64,000 bases of DNA from Octopus vulgaris (GCA_951406725.2 OX597814.1:135222001-135286000), one strand, 5' to 3'. Shown: positions 12,138 to 24,940, counted from the stretch's first letter. Made by a program: numbers and translations. Notes: generated by a model from the letters alone, not told the origin.

Positions 12138-13737
12138 TCCTCTCTGTAAGTGAGTTATTAATACTGTTTTCTGATGAATAAGCCACATTCAGAGTTCACC
12201 TTAAAAAACCAGCATACTTCAAACTAGCCACTTTATGAAACTAGTCTTGATGCTTCTTAAGAGAAATGGCAAAATAAAGTCCGACAGGAAATGGTTGTCT
12301 CTTGAATTGAAAAAGAGGGTTTACTGAAGTCTATGGCATACATGATTGCAGGTTGTTGTTACTGCTGCTGTTGATTTCATACAGTGATTTTCTGCTGAGT
12401 GGATTGCGCCTCATTTCCAATAATATTTGGCAATAAGTGCTTTCAGGAAGTTATACTTCTTTTCAGGTTTGTGTGGATGAGTAGAAAATAAGAAAATGAC
12501 CACAGACTATAAATATAGTAGTTTAAAAAAGAGAAAATTAGTAAATTAAGATAAATTAATATATTGGGAAATTATGAACTGAGATTTTTAAAACAAATTA
12601 AAAAGCTTAAAAATTATAATTTTAATAGAAATAGTTTATAGTAGTTATAGTTCAAATGTAGTACAGTGAATAAAATGGTTTAAACAGAGAACTTATACTT
12701 TCTTTGAAGAGGAATAATGTGTAAACTGAATTACAAATGCAAAACAATATCAATATTAAGAGCAAATAGTAGTGTATAAATGCTGTTTACACATGCAATG
12801 CAAAGCAAACTAATATTACAAAATTTCTTATAGTAAAATTGTGTAGAAATTTTGTTTTGCTGAATAATTCAAACTATATTATAAATCTCAACTGCAAGTC
12901 TAAACTAATGAAACCTATAATGCTGCAATTTTAAGTGTGGCATCTTAAAATTAAGAACACCCAACAAAATGTAAGAATGAACATTTTGTATTATCTAATG
13001 TCAAAGTTATTCTCAGTGACAGTGTTTTAGATATGAGGGAGCCTCTACACAAATGCTTAACCTGCTACAAATAGAAACCAAATTTTCTCAAACCACATCT
13101 AACTGTCTTAAAAAAGGAAGTATATAGTGAATATGCAGTTTTCTACATTCAAAAGACAGGATTGTTGCAGCTGAGATGCCTTTGATCTTAGGACTGCTTG
13201 ATCAGGTTTAGCCTGGGACTAAATAACATGTTTCAGCTTTAGGTGGGTGAGTGGTCAGTCTGTGAGCAATAAAAGGTGGATTTTCACATGCATCTTATTT
13301 TATGCATAAAATTAATATTATTTTGAAAATCAAGTCTATAACCTGTTGTTGAATCTTATTTTTAACCATTTCCATTCAGTTTAGTCATTAATGGCCTTGG
13401 GAAAGACACAGTTACCACAATACTCATTTCTCCCATCCCATAAAAATTAGAAATCATTATTCTTGTGTGTACCACCTTAGGATCCAAGTCTTTTGGCCAT
13501 AGGTAGGTTTGTTTGCTCAGGCCTCACCTAGAGTTAAAAAATAAAAAATAAAACTGAGTTGTAGATTGATTTTTCTAGGCTTTTAGCTTTCTTTTACTAC
13601 TTAATACTTTGTGAAAGGTTTGAATGTTACAACTACATTTTCTTGTCCATCTATCTGAAGCTTTTTAAACAATAAAGAAGCTATTAAAGAAAATTATTGA
13701 TTCTTTTTTTTCCCTCTCTTGACTCCCTCCACACTAG

Positions 13738-13837
13738 AACATTCTGCAAACTGATTAAAATCTGTGAAAAATACTTGAAACAGAACAATAAACATAAACA
13801 GAGTTGTTACGTATTCTGCTAACTGTCCCAATTGGTG
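13738..13837 (+). other. Candidate non-coding (5'UTR) exon, 100 nt
   Basis: Polypyrimidine tract plus TAG acceptor (13735-13737), GTG|GTAAGA donor, unique sequence, no ATG, stops in all three frames. Confidence 0.55.
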
Positions 13838-14070
13838 GTAAGAAGTAATGTTGATGTGGAGTCAAGAGAAATCCAATAAGTAATTAAATTTTCACTAGTA
13901 CAGATGTGAATAATTTCTTCCCCACTGGCAAAAAATTGTTTTCTTTGAGTTGATAATTGTTGATAAATAAATAAAAAAAGACTGAAAATTTGTTTAAAAA
14001 ATTCTGCTCAAATATCTGTTTTGGTTTATTTTGATTGATTGATTATTGTTAAAATTAAATAGCATCATAC

Positions 14071-14283
14071 GGTGGCAAGCTGGCAGAATTGTTAACACAC
14101 TGGGTAAAATGCTTAGTGGTACTTTGTCTGTCTTTATGTTCTGCGTTCAAATTCTACTGAGTTTGACTTTGCCTTTCATCTTTTCCAGGATTGATAAAAT
14201 AAGTACCAGTCGAGCACTTGGGTTGATGAATCAACTTACTCCCCCACTGAACTTGCTGGCCTTGTACCAAAATTTGAAACCCA
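14071..14283 (+). mobile_element. tRNA-SINE family A
   Basis: Same head and core as 10875; flanking repeat AAATTAAATAGC. Confidence 0.85.
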
Positions 14284-14489
14284 AATTAAATAGCTTTATA
14301 ATAATTCTAGTTTGCTAGTTGTAAGGCTCAGAGTTTCAAGTATTGCTACAGGCTGTTGCACAAAGTACATTACTGAGCAGCTTGTTGGTACCAATTTTGT
14401 TGGCAAGATAGAGTGTACTACTAAGCATTTTGCCTGGTACACTAACAATTCTTCCAGCTCGTTGCCATAATAATAATGATGATAGTAAT

Positions 14490-14690
14490 TATCATTTCTA
14501 CTAAAGGCATAAGGCCTGAAATTTTAGGGGAGGAGACTAGTCAATTACATTGACCCAGTGTTTCACTGGTACTTAATTTATCAAATCCAAGTCAATCTTG
14601 GTGGAATTTGAATTCAGAATGTAAGGATGAACAAAATGCCACTTAAACATTACTCAGCATGCTAATTATTTTGCCAGCTTGCTGCCTTAA
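14490..14690 (-). mobile_element. tRNA-SINE family A (minus); further minus pieces at 14420-14470, 14959-15092 and 15180-15345
   Basis: Reverse complement of the family A consensus. Confidence 0.8.
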
Positions 14691-14698
14691 TAATATTT

Positions 14699-14742
<44 letters not shown>

Positions 14743-14746
<4 letters not shown>

Positions 14747-14961
14747 GCCCTGATGCAGTACCAGGCAGTGCTCTCATGGCTTTGATCTAACTGATTGGAA
14801 ATGTTATCATGTACATTGTTTTGTCTTGGTATAAAAGATGGGTACAGCAAATATTCTGAAATTTGCTTGTCAGTTGTTTGACCTAACCAGTTGAGCATGA
14901 GTGGTTGACGATATGTGCATCGATCACGAGCAGAAGTAGTGGGGAGCATCATAGCCATGTG
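14743..14961 (-). mobile_element. 5'-truncated non-LTR retrotransposon 3' end (possibly R4/Dong-like) inserted at an (AAT)n tract
   Basis: Unique ~220-bp segment abutting (AAT)n and flanked by a ~185-bp direct duplication; family assignment is from memory. Confidence 0.55.
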
Positions 14962-15102
14962 TTTCACTGGTACTTAATTTAATCAAATCCAAGTCAATCT
15001 TGGTGGAATTTGAATTCAGAATGTAAGGATGAACAAAATGCCACTTAAACATTTCCTCCAGCATGCTAATTATTTTGCCAGCTTGCTGCCTTAATAATAT
15101 TT

Positions 15103-15175
<73 letters not shown>

Positions 15176-15693
15176 TAACAATCCTTTCTACTATAGGCAC
15201 AAGGCCTGAAATTTGGGGGGTATAGTCGATTACATTGACCCCCTGTGTTTCACTGGTACTTAATTTATTGACCCTGAAAGGATAAAAGGCAAAGTCGACC
15301 CCAACAGAATTTGAACTCAGAATGTAGCAACAAGGAGTATTTAACATTGTAGATTTTTTAAAAGCACTTAAAAGTCAGTGTGTATTTGTAAATATTCATT
15401 AACTTATGTTAGTGCTCTGATGTAGACAGCTGTCCTCACTTTTAAACAGCTCCTAGTTTTATAAAAAAAATTGCAGGATGTGCATATGTATTGTAGGAGT
15501 CACAGTGTGGTGTTAAAGCTTCAGTGGAGCTAGTCACCCTAAGTTTGTTAATTAGTTACCAGATGGTAATTCTTTCACTTAAGTTCCAAATAAACGGACT
15601 TATTTCTCTCAGTGAATTTTATGATTTGATGCTTAAAATTGAAATCTTTTAAAAGATATTTGTTTTGTTTCTTATTCAAATCTTGTTTTTCAG

Positions 15694-15907
15694 GACATAG
15701 ATGTACGTAGAAGACTATCAAACATCTGTCTCAAGATACGCATATAAATACTCATACATCCACATATGTGCACATTACTTTTATACATACTTTTACACTC
15801 ATGGATAAACATAAATGCATTCAAATCCATAATGGAGATTATATTTTTTAGCCGTATTTCTGCAAACATTAACAATAAAGACAGTAAAAGAGAAACAATT
15901 TAACCAG
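15694..15907 (+). other. Candidate non-coding exon
   Basis: Strong acceptor TCTTGTTTTTCAG|G; only a weak donor CAG|GTTAAT; no long ORF. Confidence 0.35.
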
Positions 15908-16929
15908 GTTAATCAAACTAAATAGAGGAGACTGAGAAACTACAGATGTTATCTAAATTCTATAGTTATTCATTGCTCCACTCGCTATTGTTATACCTGA
16001 ATGTTTGTTTAACATCTAACTTTAAATCTCAACTACTTTATGCTTTAATCTGATAACATTTCAAAGGTTTATTTGTTAGTTTGTTGTAGTTGTTTAGTCC
16101 TAGGTCAGTCTTGGTCAAGCAAGATTATGATCAAAAGTATTTCAAATATGACCATCTCCCATTTTGTACATCAGGGACTCCATTGTCCAATGTGTACCTC
16201 TTTATTTAAAGAAATAACAAAGAATAAAAATATAGTATATATAAGCATGGAAAGCGGACGCTAAACGATGGTGATGATATATATATAGTATATATATATA
16301 TATTATTTGTTACAAAGAAAAGGAAAGTTAACACCTGGATTTTTCCATTCCTCACTCTCTCTCTTCTCTATTTTGAAAAAGAGACTATGTCTAAATTATG
16401 CTGATAATTTTCCTTTTCTTCACATTAGATACAAATATTCTTACATTACATTTATTTTTATTCCATTTTATTCCTTTTGGCTTATTGCTGCTGGTGTAGA
16501 AGCTTTAATGGATTGTTTTAATTTGAAATTTTAACTTCTTTATTTAAGGTCATATAATGTGATTTGAGAAAGATTTGGATGCTATTACTTGTAGGTTTAG
16601 CTAGTTTGGATTGCTTGTTTGTGAGTTTGTCATGTATGTTTGGATACTGTCATGCTAGAAACCAAAGCATACTAGAAATCAGGGGTTACTTTGCTAAGTA
16701 AGATTTACACATTTACTATAACTGAATTGTCTCGAGAGTTTCTATTAGATATTTGTTCATACAAATGCCATTTCTCTTCCAATAAAGTCATAAAATAAAA
16801 TATAGATGCTTCCTCAGTCTTGAAATGCATCTAAAAGAAGCCATAGTTAGGCTTCTTTAGAAGTAGAAAATACTTAAGAACTGATCATTTGCTGGCAATG
16901 TGCTAAGCTCTAGTGTGACTGATGGAGTG

Positions 16930-17265
16930 TTACTTATGTGTTTAAAACTCTGTTACTATTAACAGAAAAACATCTGAGACCACATCCTATTAAAGGCCAT
17001 CTGATTATCTGTCAGAGAGTCATTCACTAAAACACCACAATAACTAGCTTGAAGATGCTCTCTTTCGCTTTGCTTATTCTGTGTAGAAGTGCCCCTCCAA
17101 GCTTGCAAGCTATGGTATTGCTTTCAGCCAAGTCCACATGTCTCTTATTTTATTAGTGTTCCTTCTATGTCTCATGTCCTCTAGTCCTACACTAATACTT
17201 TTCCTAAGCATTCTGTAATCTTTTGGAATTCCCTTCCTGCTCACTTTTTTCCCCACATGTTGACT
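16930..17265 (+). mobile_element. CR1/L2-like LINE 3' fragment, highly decayed
   Basis: Residual ...WNSLPAHFF-like terminal motif; similar to pieces at 38100-38200 and 18110-18330. Confidence 0.45.
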
Positions 17266-18089
17266 GAGACAGAAACAATGAAAACCCTATAATTGCCTAT
17301 GATCAAACAGTCTATCTTAATCTAGCTGAATATTTTATTTCTGTTAAGAGATTCTAAAACAAAGATGCAAAGCTGTTGTCTGAATGTTCATATATTCAAC
17401 TTTGCTACAAATGTTGTTTTTATCTTAGTTTTGACTCCTTATTCTGTTTGCTTCAGTCTCTCCAGTTCACAACATAGGAGTAACTTCTCTAATTTCCAAA
17501 ATTAGAGGTTGTTAGTAAGAAGGGCACTCAATGTTTTCTGCATTAATATAAAATTAAATGAACAGTTTAATTTAACCAATAAAACAACTGAAGCAAGAAG
17601 GTTCTATGCACTAGGCTGATGGTGAAGCTTTAAGATAGACTATTATGATTTTAAATTATTGGTGCTTGTAATATGTTTTGAAAAGACTGCAATTTAGAAA
17701 TACTTATTCAGTTTATTGTATAATGTGTTCTAATAAACTCATTCACAGTATATCAAAGGAAACAAAATACATAAATAAGACCAAAAAAATTAAAATAAAA
17801 ACGCGTAAGAATAAATGCTATTAATGAATTAGAGGGATCCACAGAGTTGGTACATAACTTTGATTTCTTGAGTATTAAGATCTCTTTGGACAGAGTCTAC
17901 CACAAGTAACATGTCCAGAAAATGCTGTTATTTATATTTCATCTAGATGAACTGAGGTAACAGAGATGTAAATGTTCTGTTTAAAAACACTAAAAACACA
18001 AAAATCTTTCTATTTTCTTAAAAATATAACTTAGTTTAGGAAGGATGGTTGATGTTCAGTTTGCACATTGAAAGGAAACTTAAAAGTGT

Positions 18090-18770
18090 GTCTGAAGGGA
18101 AGTCATGGTTGGGAAGTGAATTCCAGAGGATTGCAATAGTGAAAGAATATTAAGTGAAATGTTTATTGTTTCTTCAATTTTAAACTGTATCCCTAAGTTT
18201 AGACAACAACTTCAGTCTGTGACTGATGGACTGAGTGGAGAAGGTGTGCTGACAGCCTGTACTGAGAAGGGAAGGCTATTGAGATAATGCCAGAAGCAGA
18301 GGGAGAAGACAGTGCATCTGTGAACTAGTTCGTTGAAGTCAATCAGTGATGGTCCTTGAAGAGATATTTCAGGTCTGACAAGAGAAGGCACCATTTAGAT
18401 GTAGAAATATAAAGTTGAGTGAGGGATGGTATCATCTGCATAGGTGTGTCTGTTGTTAGGGGAGACAGCAAGTAGGTTGTTAATGTGCAAGAAGGAAGAG
18501 TGTGGGAAACATTACAGAATATAAGTTTCACCCAGGTAGAATGTGGGTTAGACAATACCCCATTGGTCCACACTGACAGGAAACTTCCAAGCCAAGAAAT
18601 GAGAAATGCAATTGAGTTAGTAGGTTGAGTTAGCTGAAAGCTTTGCTGATGTCAGGTACAACAATATTGTTTTTGTTGCAGTTCTCAAAAGTAAAAGTTA
18701 GCAAGTTACCAGTAGGTTTGGTATATGAAGGCTGATGAAGGAGAAAAGCAAAGGGATGAAGTGATTAACA
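18090..18770 (-). pseudogene. CR1-like LINE reverse transcriptase remnant
   Basis: Minus strand ACC TAT GCA GAT GAT ACC = TYADDT (catalytic YADD) near 18428-18445. Confidence 0.65.
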
Positions 18771-18844
18771 GCTGTTACTATCACCATTGAAATATTTGAA
18801 ATGTGTGTGAGAGATAGATACACACACACACATATATATATATG

Positions 18845-19056
18845 TTAGATGAAATGAGGTACTCAGAAATTCGGATGGTTTTATATTTACAGATATTTAT
18901 TTGTATGTTACATGTTTTTATAAATCATATATCATATATCATATATTAGCGCTTTCATCCATTCTAGTGGAGTTGTCAAATTGAATTCAATAACATACAA
19001 ATAAATATTTGTAAATATAAAGCCATCCGAATTTCTGAGTACCTCATTTCTTCTAA
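18845..19056. repeat. Fold-back element: 66-bp inverted arms around an 80-bp spacer containing an HHR-like motif
   Basis: 18845-18910 pairs with 18991-19056. Spacer minus strand reads TTGACAA c TCCA ctagaa TGGA t GAAA GCGC TA. Flanked by (TA)n. Confidence 0.85.
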
Positions 19057-19087
19057 TATAAAATACTTGTACATCATCTCCAAACCT

Positions 19088-19162
<75 letters not shown>

Positions 19163-20964
19163 TGAGTGAGAGTGAAAGAAGTTAGTTGGCTCAGTTAGAG
19201 ACATTATCTTTTTTTCTGAATGGACACAGTTTGTAGCAACAAAAATAGTAGGTAGTTTTATTGAATATTATAAAATGATTAACAGCCTATTGCCTTGTTG
19301 AATTAGAACATTCGGCAACTTTGCATATGGTGGTGAGATTGAGGGCATTGAAAAGAGAGCTTAGGAGGACTTTTGTTGAGTGCATGCAGTGTGGATTTTG
19401 ATGTGAAGTGGACAGCATTGTGGATCCTGTTTCAGTGAGAGGACTGTTAGCAAAAGTATCTTGGTTGCAAAGTGGTGAGTTGAAGGAATTTGAAAAGTTG
19501 GTAGTGACTTTGTTTGTAAGGTATCAGAAGGCTGTCTGGCAGTTTAAGAGATAAGAGAGCTTGCAGATTGTGTGGTGCATAAAGTTTCAATATTTTACAA
19601 GAATAAACTAACTGTGATGTACTTGTGAGTAGAAGTTTCCTGGTAATTATGGGGAAAACTTCAGGCATGCTCTTTGCTCCCAGTGATCCAGATTTTAATC
19701 CACATGGTTTCTTTGCTTTAACAGAATGAATATTACTGATATTAGTTTCTGAAATGTTCCTTGGGACATGAGTACTTTTGAATTGTGCCTACATTTTTAT
19801 TTGAAATTAATGTAGTTCGATGATTTTATTCACTATTATGTTAGTAATTTTTGTTAAGTAAAACTACTAGTATGTTTAGAGCTAATTGTTCTCTAGTATT
19901 GATTATCTTCAGTATTCATTCAAAGAAAAATAATCCTTCAAGCCAAAAACTTCAGCATTATTAAATTATAAAATACTTTGGCTTCCAAAAGTTCTTTTAA
20001 ATCTTTAAATCTGGATTATCTTAGATTAAAAACTAAAATTAGTATCTTTGTGTTGAATTAAAATGGAGGAGTTAATTTTAGATAACTGAATGTCTAATCC
20101 AGTGAAACAAATCAATAGATTTACTTTGATATAGTGTGTAGGAAGACAGTAAGGCTTTATAGATCATCATGACATTATAGATTTTCCTTTTACTGTTTGG
20201 AATAAATCTAGGTAAGAAAATATTTTATTCACAGTTACAAGATAGTTGAAAGATGTTATTAAAGGTTTTATGATAGTGGAATCAAATGGATGATACAGAG
20301 TCGTCTATGATGATTTATGAGCATCTTTAATAAATTTCTGAGTTAAGGTCTCACTGAAGCTTGACATCCCTTTCATCTCCCTATAGTTAATTGTTAGAGA
20401 TGAGTTGATCAAATAAAACTCTTTAGGAAAGAGAAAGAAATAACAACAAACAGCAAACAAAAAACAACAAATAACATATTTTACCAAGATCAGAGATTTT
20501 ATGGATTTTCCTCTTTATATGTATATTATCATGGTTTTATGCATAGTTCAACTAGTTAATTAATGGCACTATTTCAGTTACGTAATTAGTTTGACACAGA
20601 TATTTATTATCTGCAACACATTAACCATAAATGAGCCAATTTATACCATTAGCCTAATATACAGGATTCATGTTTTCAGTACTTTGTTTATCCTCGCTTC
20701 ACCATAATTAGTAAATGCTATAGTAGGAGTTTGGTAAAGACAGTTGAATCTACTTTTGCCATCATTTTACTCATCAGCCTTTCTCTCTCAATTAAGCCTG
20801 TTGTGGGTAAAGTAAATTGTTAAAATTGTTATAAAGTTGCATTCATGAGCTAAACAACATCTGTGCTATTTGAATGGAGATTATGGTGCAGTTACTAGTT
20901 TTTAGTAAATTAAACAGAATTTATTTACATCATTAATGTAAATGAATGAATGATAAAGCATCTA

Positions 20965-21181
20965 TGAAGGGGCACTGAAAAGTTTTTAGCTTTAAGATCA
21001 TTGCAAAGAGCTTGGTTGGAGGCCCAATCTACTGAGTTCTTTTCCAAGGCTTAGAAAAACTGAAGGACCGCTGCAATAAGTGTGTGAATCTGAGAGAGGA
21101 ATATGTTAAATAAAATCATATTCAACTAATCTTCCTGTATTTTCTTTTACTCAAAGCCAGAAAGTTTTCAGCAGCTCCTCA
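20965..21181 (+). mobile_element. Internally deleted mariner (MITE)
   Basis: TA-flanked TIRs TGAAGGGGCACTGAAAAGTT and AAGTTTTCAGCAGCTCCTCA; retains a frameshifted transposase C-terminus WLEAQSTEFF...LEKLKDRCNKCVNLREEYVK*. Confidence 0.8.
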
Positions 21182-21362
21182 TATGTGATTGCTTGACCTG
21201 TTACAAATAATAGCCAAATTTCTCTCAAAACATACTTTGCCACTTCAATAAAAATTAATTCAATGTGGTCTTGGATATACTGTATTTGTAACCCCCCCCC
21301 CCCAAAAAAAACACGCTGGGATGTTAAAGGTTAGAATACCTTTAATATTAGGACTATTTGAA

Positions 21363-21577
21363 AGGCAGTGAGCTGGCAGAATCATTGCCACGGAGGGCAA
21401 AATGCTTAGCTGCATTTTGTTCGTCTTTACATTTTGAGTTCAAATTCTGCTGAGGTTGACCTTGCCTTTCATCCCTTTCAGAGTCAATAAAATTACTACC
21501 AGTTGAGCACTGGAGTCAATGTAATCAACTTACCCTCTCTCCCAAACTTGCTGACCTTGTACCAAAATTTGAAACCA
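21363..21577 (+). mobile_element. tRNA-SINE family A
   Basis: Family consensus; imperfect flanking repeat AATATTAGGnnTATTTGA. Confidence 0.85.
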
Positions 21578-22199
21578 ATATTAGGTTTATTTGATGTGGA
21601 CTGACTTTGGGTTAAATAGCAATGACATTAAAACTAAATTCTTTTAATATTTTCTTTTAGTCTTTCTGGTTTATTAATTTTTATTTATTATTTTTTTATG
21701 TCTTGACAAAGCATCAGCTTTTTCTCATATTGGGAGTATGTAAGCCCATCAAGTATTTAAATCTGTCAGTCTTAATAACACTCTATACTCATATACAATG
21801 TTATTAAGTGTTTTAACCTAGAGGGAATTCTTTGAGTGCTTTAACCTAGAGGGAATTTTTCAGGTAGGGGATTTCTTTACATGAATTATAAAGGTTTCTA
21901 ATGTAGCACATACTCTAAAATTTTAGTGAATGGTACAGCCAATTATATTGTTTCCAGCATTTGACTAGTTCTAATTGGTATTTGTATGTTATTATTTTAT
22001 CAACTCTAGGAGGTTAGGAGACAAATTTGGTTTCAACAGGATTTGAACACAGAATGTATAGGAATGTGAGAAATACTACTGATTCTGCTATCCACCACTC
22101 TTATTAATATGCATTATAATAGCAACAGAATCATCAAGATATATATGTATCAGTGAATCTTGCACCACCACTGCTACCACCGCTGCCACCGCCGTTGCC

Positions 22200-22386
22200 A
22201 CCACCACCACCACCTGTCTGTTTTCCTTGTTGGCATGGGTTGGACAGTTTGACAGGAGGTGGCCAGTTGGAGAGCTGCACCAGGCTCCATTGTCAGTTCT
22301 GGCATAATTTCTACAGCTGGATACCCTTTCTAACACCAACTGCTTTCCAGCATATACTGGAGGCTTTTTATGTGGAGCTAGCACCA
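22200..22386 (+). mobile_element. Abundant (CAT)n-TTTAACGTCCGTTTTCCATGCTGGCATGGG repeat family (RTE-tail related)
   Basis: Other copies at about 24430, 26575, 26742, 27740, 32586, 48540, 50160, 54790, 57110 and 58020. Confidence 0.7.
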
Positions 22387-22887
22387 TATAAAATAAAATA
22401 TGTGTTAATCATCTGCAACTGATTGATGGCAGAATCTGTAGCACACTAGATAGAATACTTTGTAGTATTTAGCTGCATCCTTTTACTTTCTAAGCTTACA
22501 TTTGGGTTCACTATATCATTCCGAGGTTGATAAAGTATGTACAGGAGATCATTGGATACTCTATAAGGTGTGGAGCATTCCAGCATGACAATAGTCCAGT
22601 AGTGAAACTAATAAAGAATTGTAAAATATAAAGTCAATAAAACTGTTTCTAGAAAACGTAAAATTAGGTGAGAAATGAAGAACAGATAAAACTGGTTTTA
22701 ACCACATCAAATACAATCCTAGCAAGAAAATAAGGAAGTCTCTATAGGGATGGTTGGGTTGTCAGAAATAACAGTTAAATATTTTGTAGATCACACCCCA
22801 CTGTCTTGACCCTTTTTTTTACCAAATTTCTATTGAACTGTACTACTTTCGTAGCAATTAATTTTGAAAATAATCGTCTTAATTATA

Positions 22888-23621
22888 GGTGCAGGCATGG
22901 GTGAGTGGTAAAGAGCTTGCTTCCCAACCACATAGTTCCAGGTTCAATCCCACTGTGTGGCACTCTGGGCAGGTGGATTTTGTGAGTGGATTTGGTAGGC
23001 AGAAACCGAGAGAAATCTGTCATATTTTACATATATATATATATATATATATACTGTTGTGTCCGGGGAGAGTCATTCTCTTTTAGTACCTTATTATTTA
23101 ACACACTTACCGGTAAAATTTCCACTTATTTCGTCTTTTTATTTTCCTAAAATTTTCATTGCGTCTTGCAGCCTTTTCAATAGTCTTGACTCTGTCCATT
23201 ATTGAAAAGGTTGCAAGACGCAACGAAAATTTTAGGAAAATAAAAAGACGAAATAAGTGGAAATTTTACCGGTAAGTGTGTTAAATAATAAGGTACTAAA
23301 AGAGAATGACTCTCCCCAGACACAACAGAATATGTTTCAACACACGAACTCATATAAAGAATCTTGCAAACCAAATCCAAAAACGAAATATATATATATA
23401 TATATGTGTGTGTGTATGTGTGTGTGTGTGTGTGTTTTTGTCCTCACCACCATCACTTGACAACCAATGTTGGTGTGTTTATGTCCCCGTAACTTAGCAG
23501 TTCGGCAAAAGAGATTGGTAAAATAAATGCTACACTTACTGGGTTGATTTCTTCGACTAAATTCCTTTAAGGTGGTGCTCCAGCATGGCCACAGTTATGA
23601 CTGAAACAAAAGTATAAAAGA
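22888..23621 (+). mobile_element. tRNA-SINE family B with internal microsatellite
   Basis: GGTGCAGGCATGG...TGGTAA A box, GGTTCAATCCC B box, 3' GGTGCTCCAGCATGGCCACAG...TGACTGAAAC tail. Confidence 0.85.
23054..23328. repeat. Near-perfect palindrome (129-bp arms, 17-nt loop, 3 mismatches)
   Basis: 23054-23182 pairs with 23200-23328; inserted in the (TA)n tract of a SINE. Confidence 0.95.
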
Positions 23622-24382
23622 ATAATTAATCTGGGCTTTGGAACATAAATTAACATGAAGTTTTGCTGGAAAGTTTTAATTTAAGTTACATTAAAACAGG
23701 ATGTCTATATCATATCCAGGAGCAGCCTTAGGCAGATTGGCATAAAAAGAGTTAAATAAAGAATGCATCCAATAATGCAGTCCTCAATCCTCCTCAAAGA
23801 GAACAGGATGGATGGTCATGGCTGAGATGCTTTTGATCATAGCTCTGTTTGATCAAGACTGACGTACAGATAAACAACAATAGCATGTAGTACCTTCTAT
23901 CTTTCTTCATCTCACTGTTGGGGATTAGACAATGTTTCTAATAACACACTAATAAACATTGTTGTTTTATTTAAACATAGTTAATTATATTGACACTAAG
24001 TTTGCATTGTGTATTTACCATCTGAATGGGCTAGCTTCAGTGTAAATATCCTTGTCACCAGTTGTCTGTCTCCATCTTACAATATTCTTCACCTATCTCC
24101 CCACACATTGTTAGCATTATATTATGTTTGCATATGGCAGAGTAGGACTCTTATTTCCATTTATATGTGTATATAAGGGTTAGAGAGTTGTGTATATATG
24201 TTCCCCCACCACATGTGTGTGTAAATTTTATGAAATGAAACTCATATACAGAACAGCATGAAGATCAGTAAATATGTTTGGATATAAGTAAATCGAATGT
24301 GTGTGTGTGTGTATGACTATACATATGCATATATAAGTGCATATATGTATGTGTGTATATATATATAGTTGCGTGTGTGTGT

Positions 24383-24433
<51 letters not shown>

Positions 24434-24554
24434 TCATCATCATCATCATCATTTAACGTCCGTTTTCCGCGCTAGCACGGGTTGGACGGTTTCGACCGGG
24501 GTCTGGGGAGCTCGGGACTGCCCCAGGCTCCAGTCTAGTCTGGCAGTGTTTCTA

Positions 24555-24940
24555 GGGGGGGGGTGCAGAAATATAGGGGAGCACCAGTGGGAGGGGTGGT
24601 TCAGAGGACAGGTTCTAGGCAAGTAGAACGTAGGATATTGATAGTGAATTATACAGAATATGCAAAAACGAGGCGAGGCTGAAATAGTAAACAGAGTGGC
24701 GACTAGGGGGATCAGAATAATAATAATTAATAAATAATAATAATAAATAGAAATACGGGATGAATTAAAGTTCAAGGATTTCTTATCTTGGGATCACTTC
24801 GTTTACGGACAGTCTTGGCAAAAGGAATTCGGAATCAAGAATGACGCAGGTTACTAGCTTAAGTATGCATAGCCATGGCAAGGAGTAGGAAGAGAGGAGT
24901 CCATATATATTATTGCGAATCCAGAAAAATAAAAATATTT
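24555..24940. other. Unclassified CpG-retaining insertion
   Basis: Truncates a young repeat at a G-run; CpG-rich relative to its flanks; no ORF I recognise. Confidence 0.35.

Larger units (their letters stand above)
22810..23751. mobile_element. piggyBac-like MITE containing a nested SINE and palindrome
   Basis: TTGA|CCCTTTT ... AAAAGAG|TTAA ends (degenerate TTAA-CCCTTT TIRs). Confidence 0.55.

Noticed and set aside
14924-15347. Poly-Leu and poly-Ile ORFs resembling signal peptides
   Set aside because: Translations of (AAT)n microsatellites plus SINE sequence.
21812-21860. Short direct repeat TTTAACCTAGAGGGAATT x2 as a CRISPR-like or regulatory array
   Set aside because: Only two copies, 28 bp apart; a simple local duplication in eukaryotic DNA.
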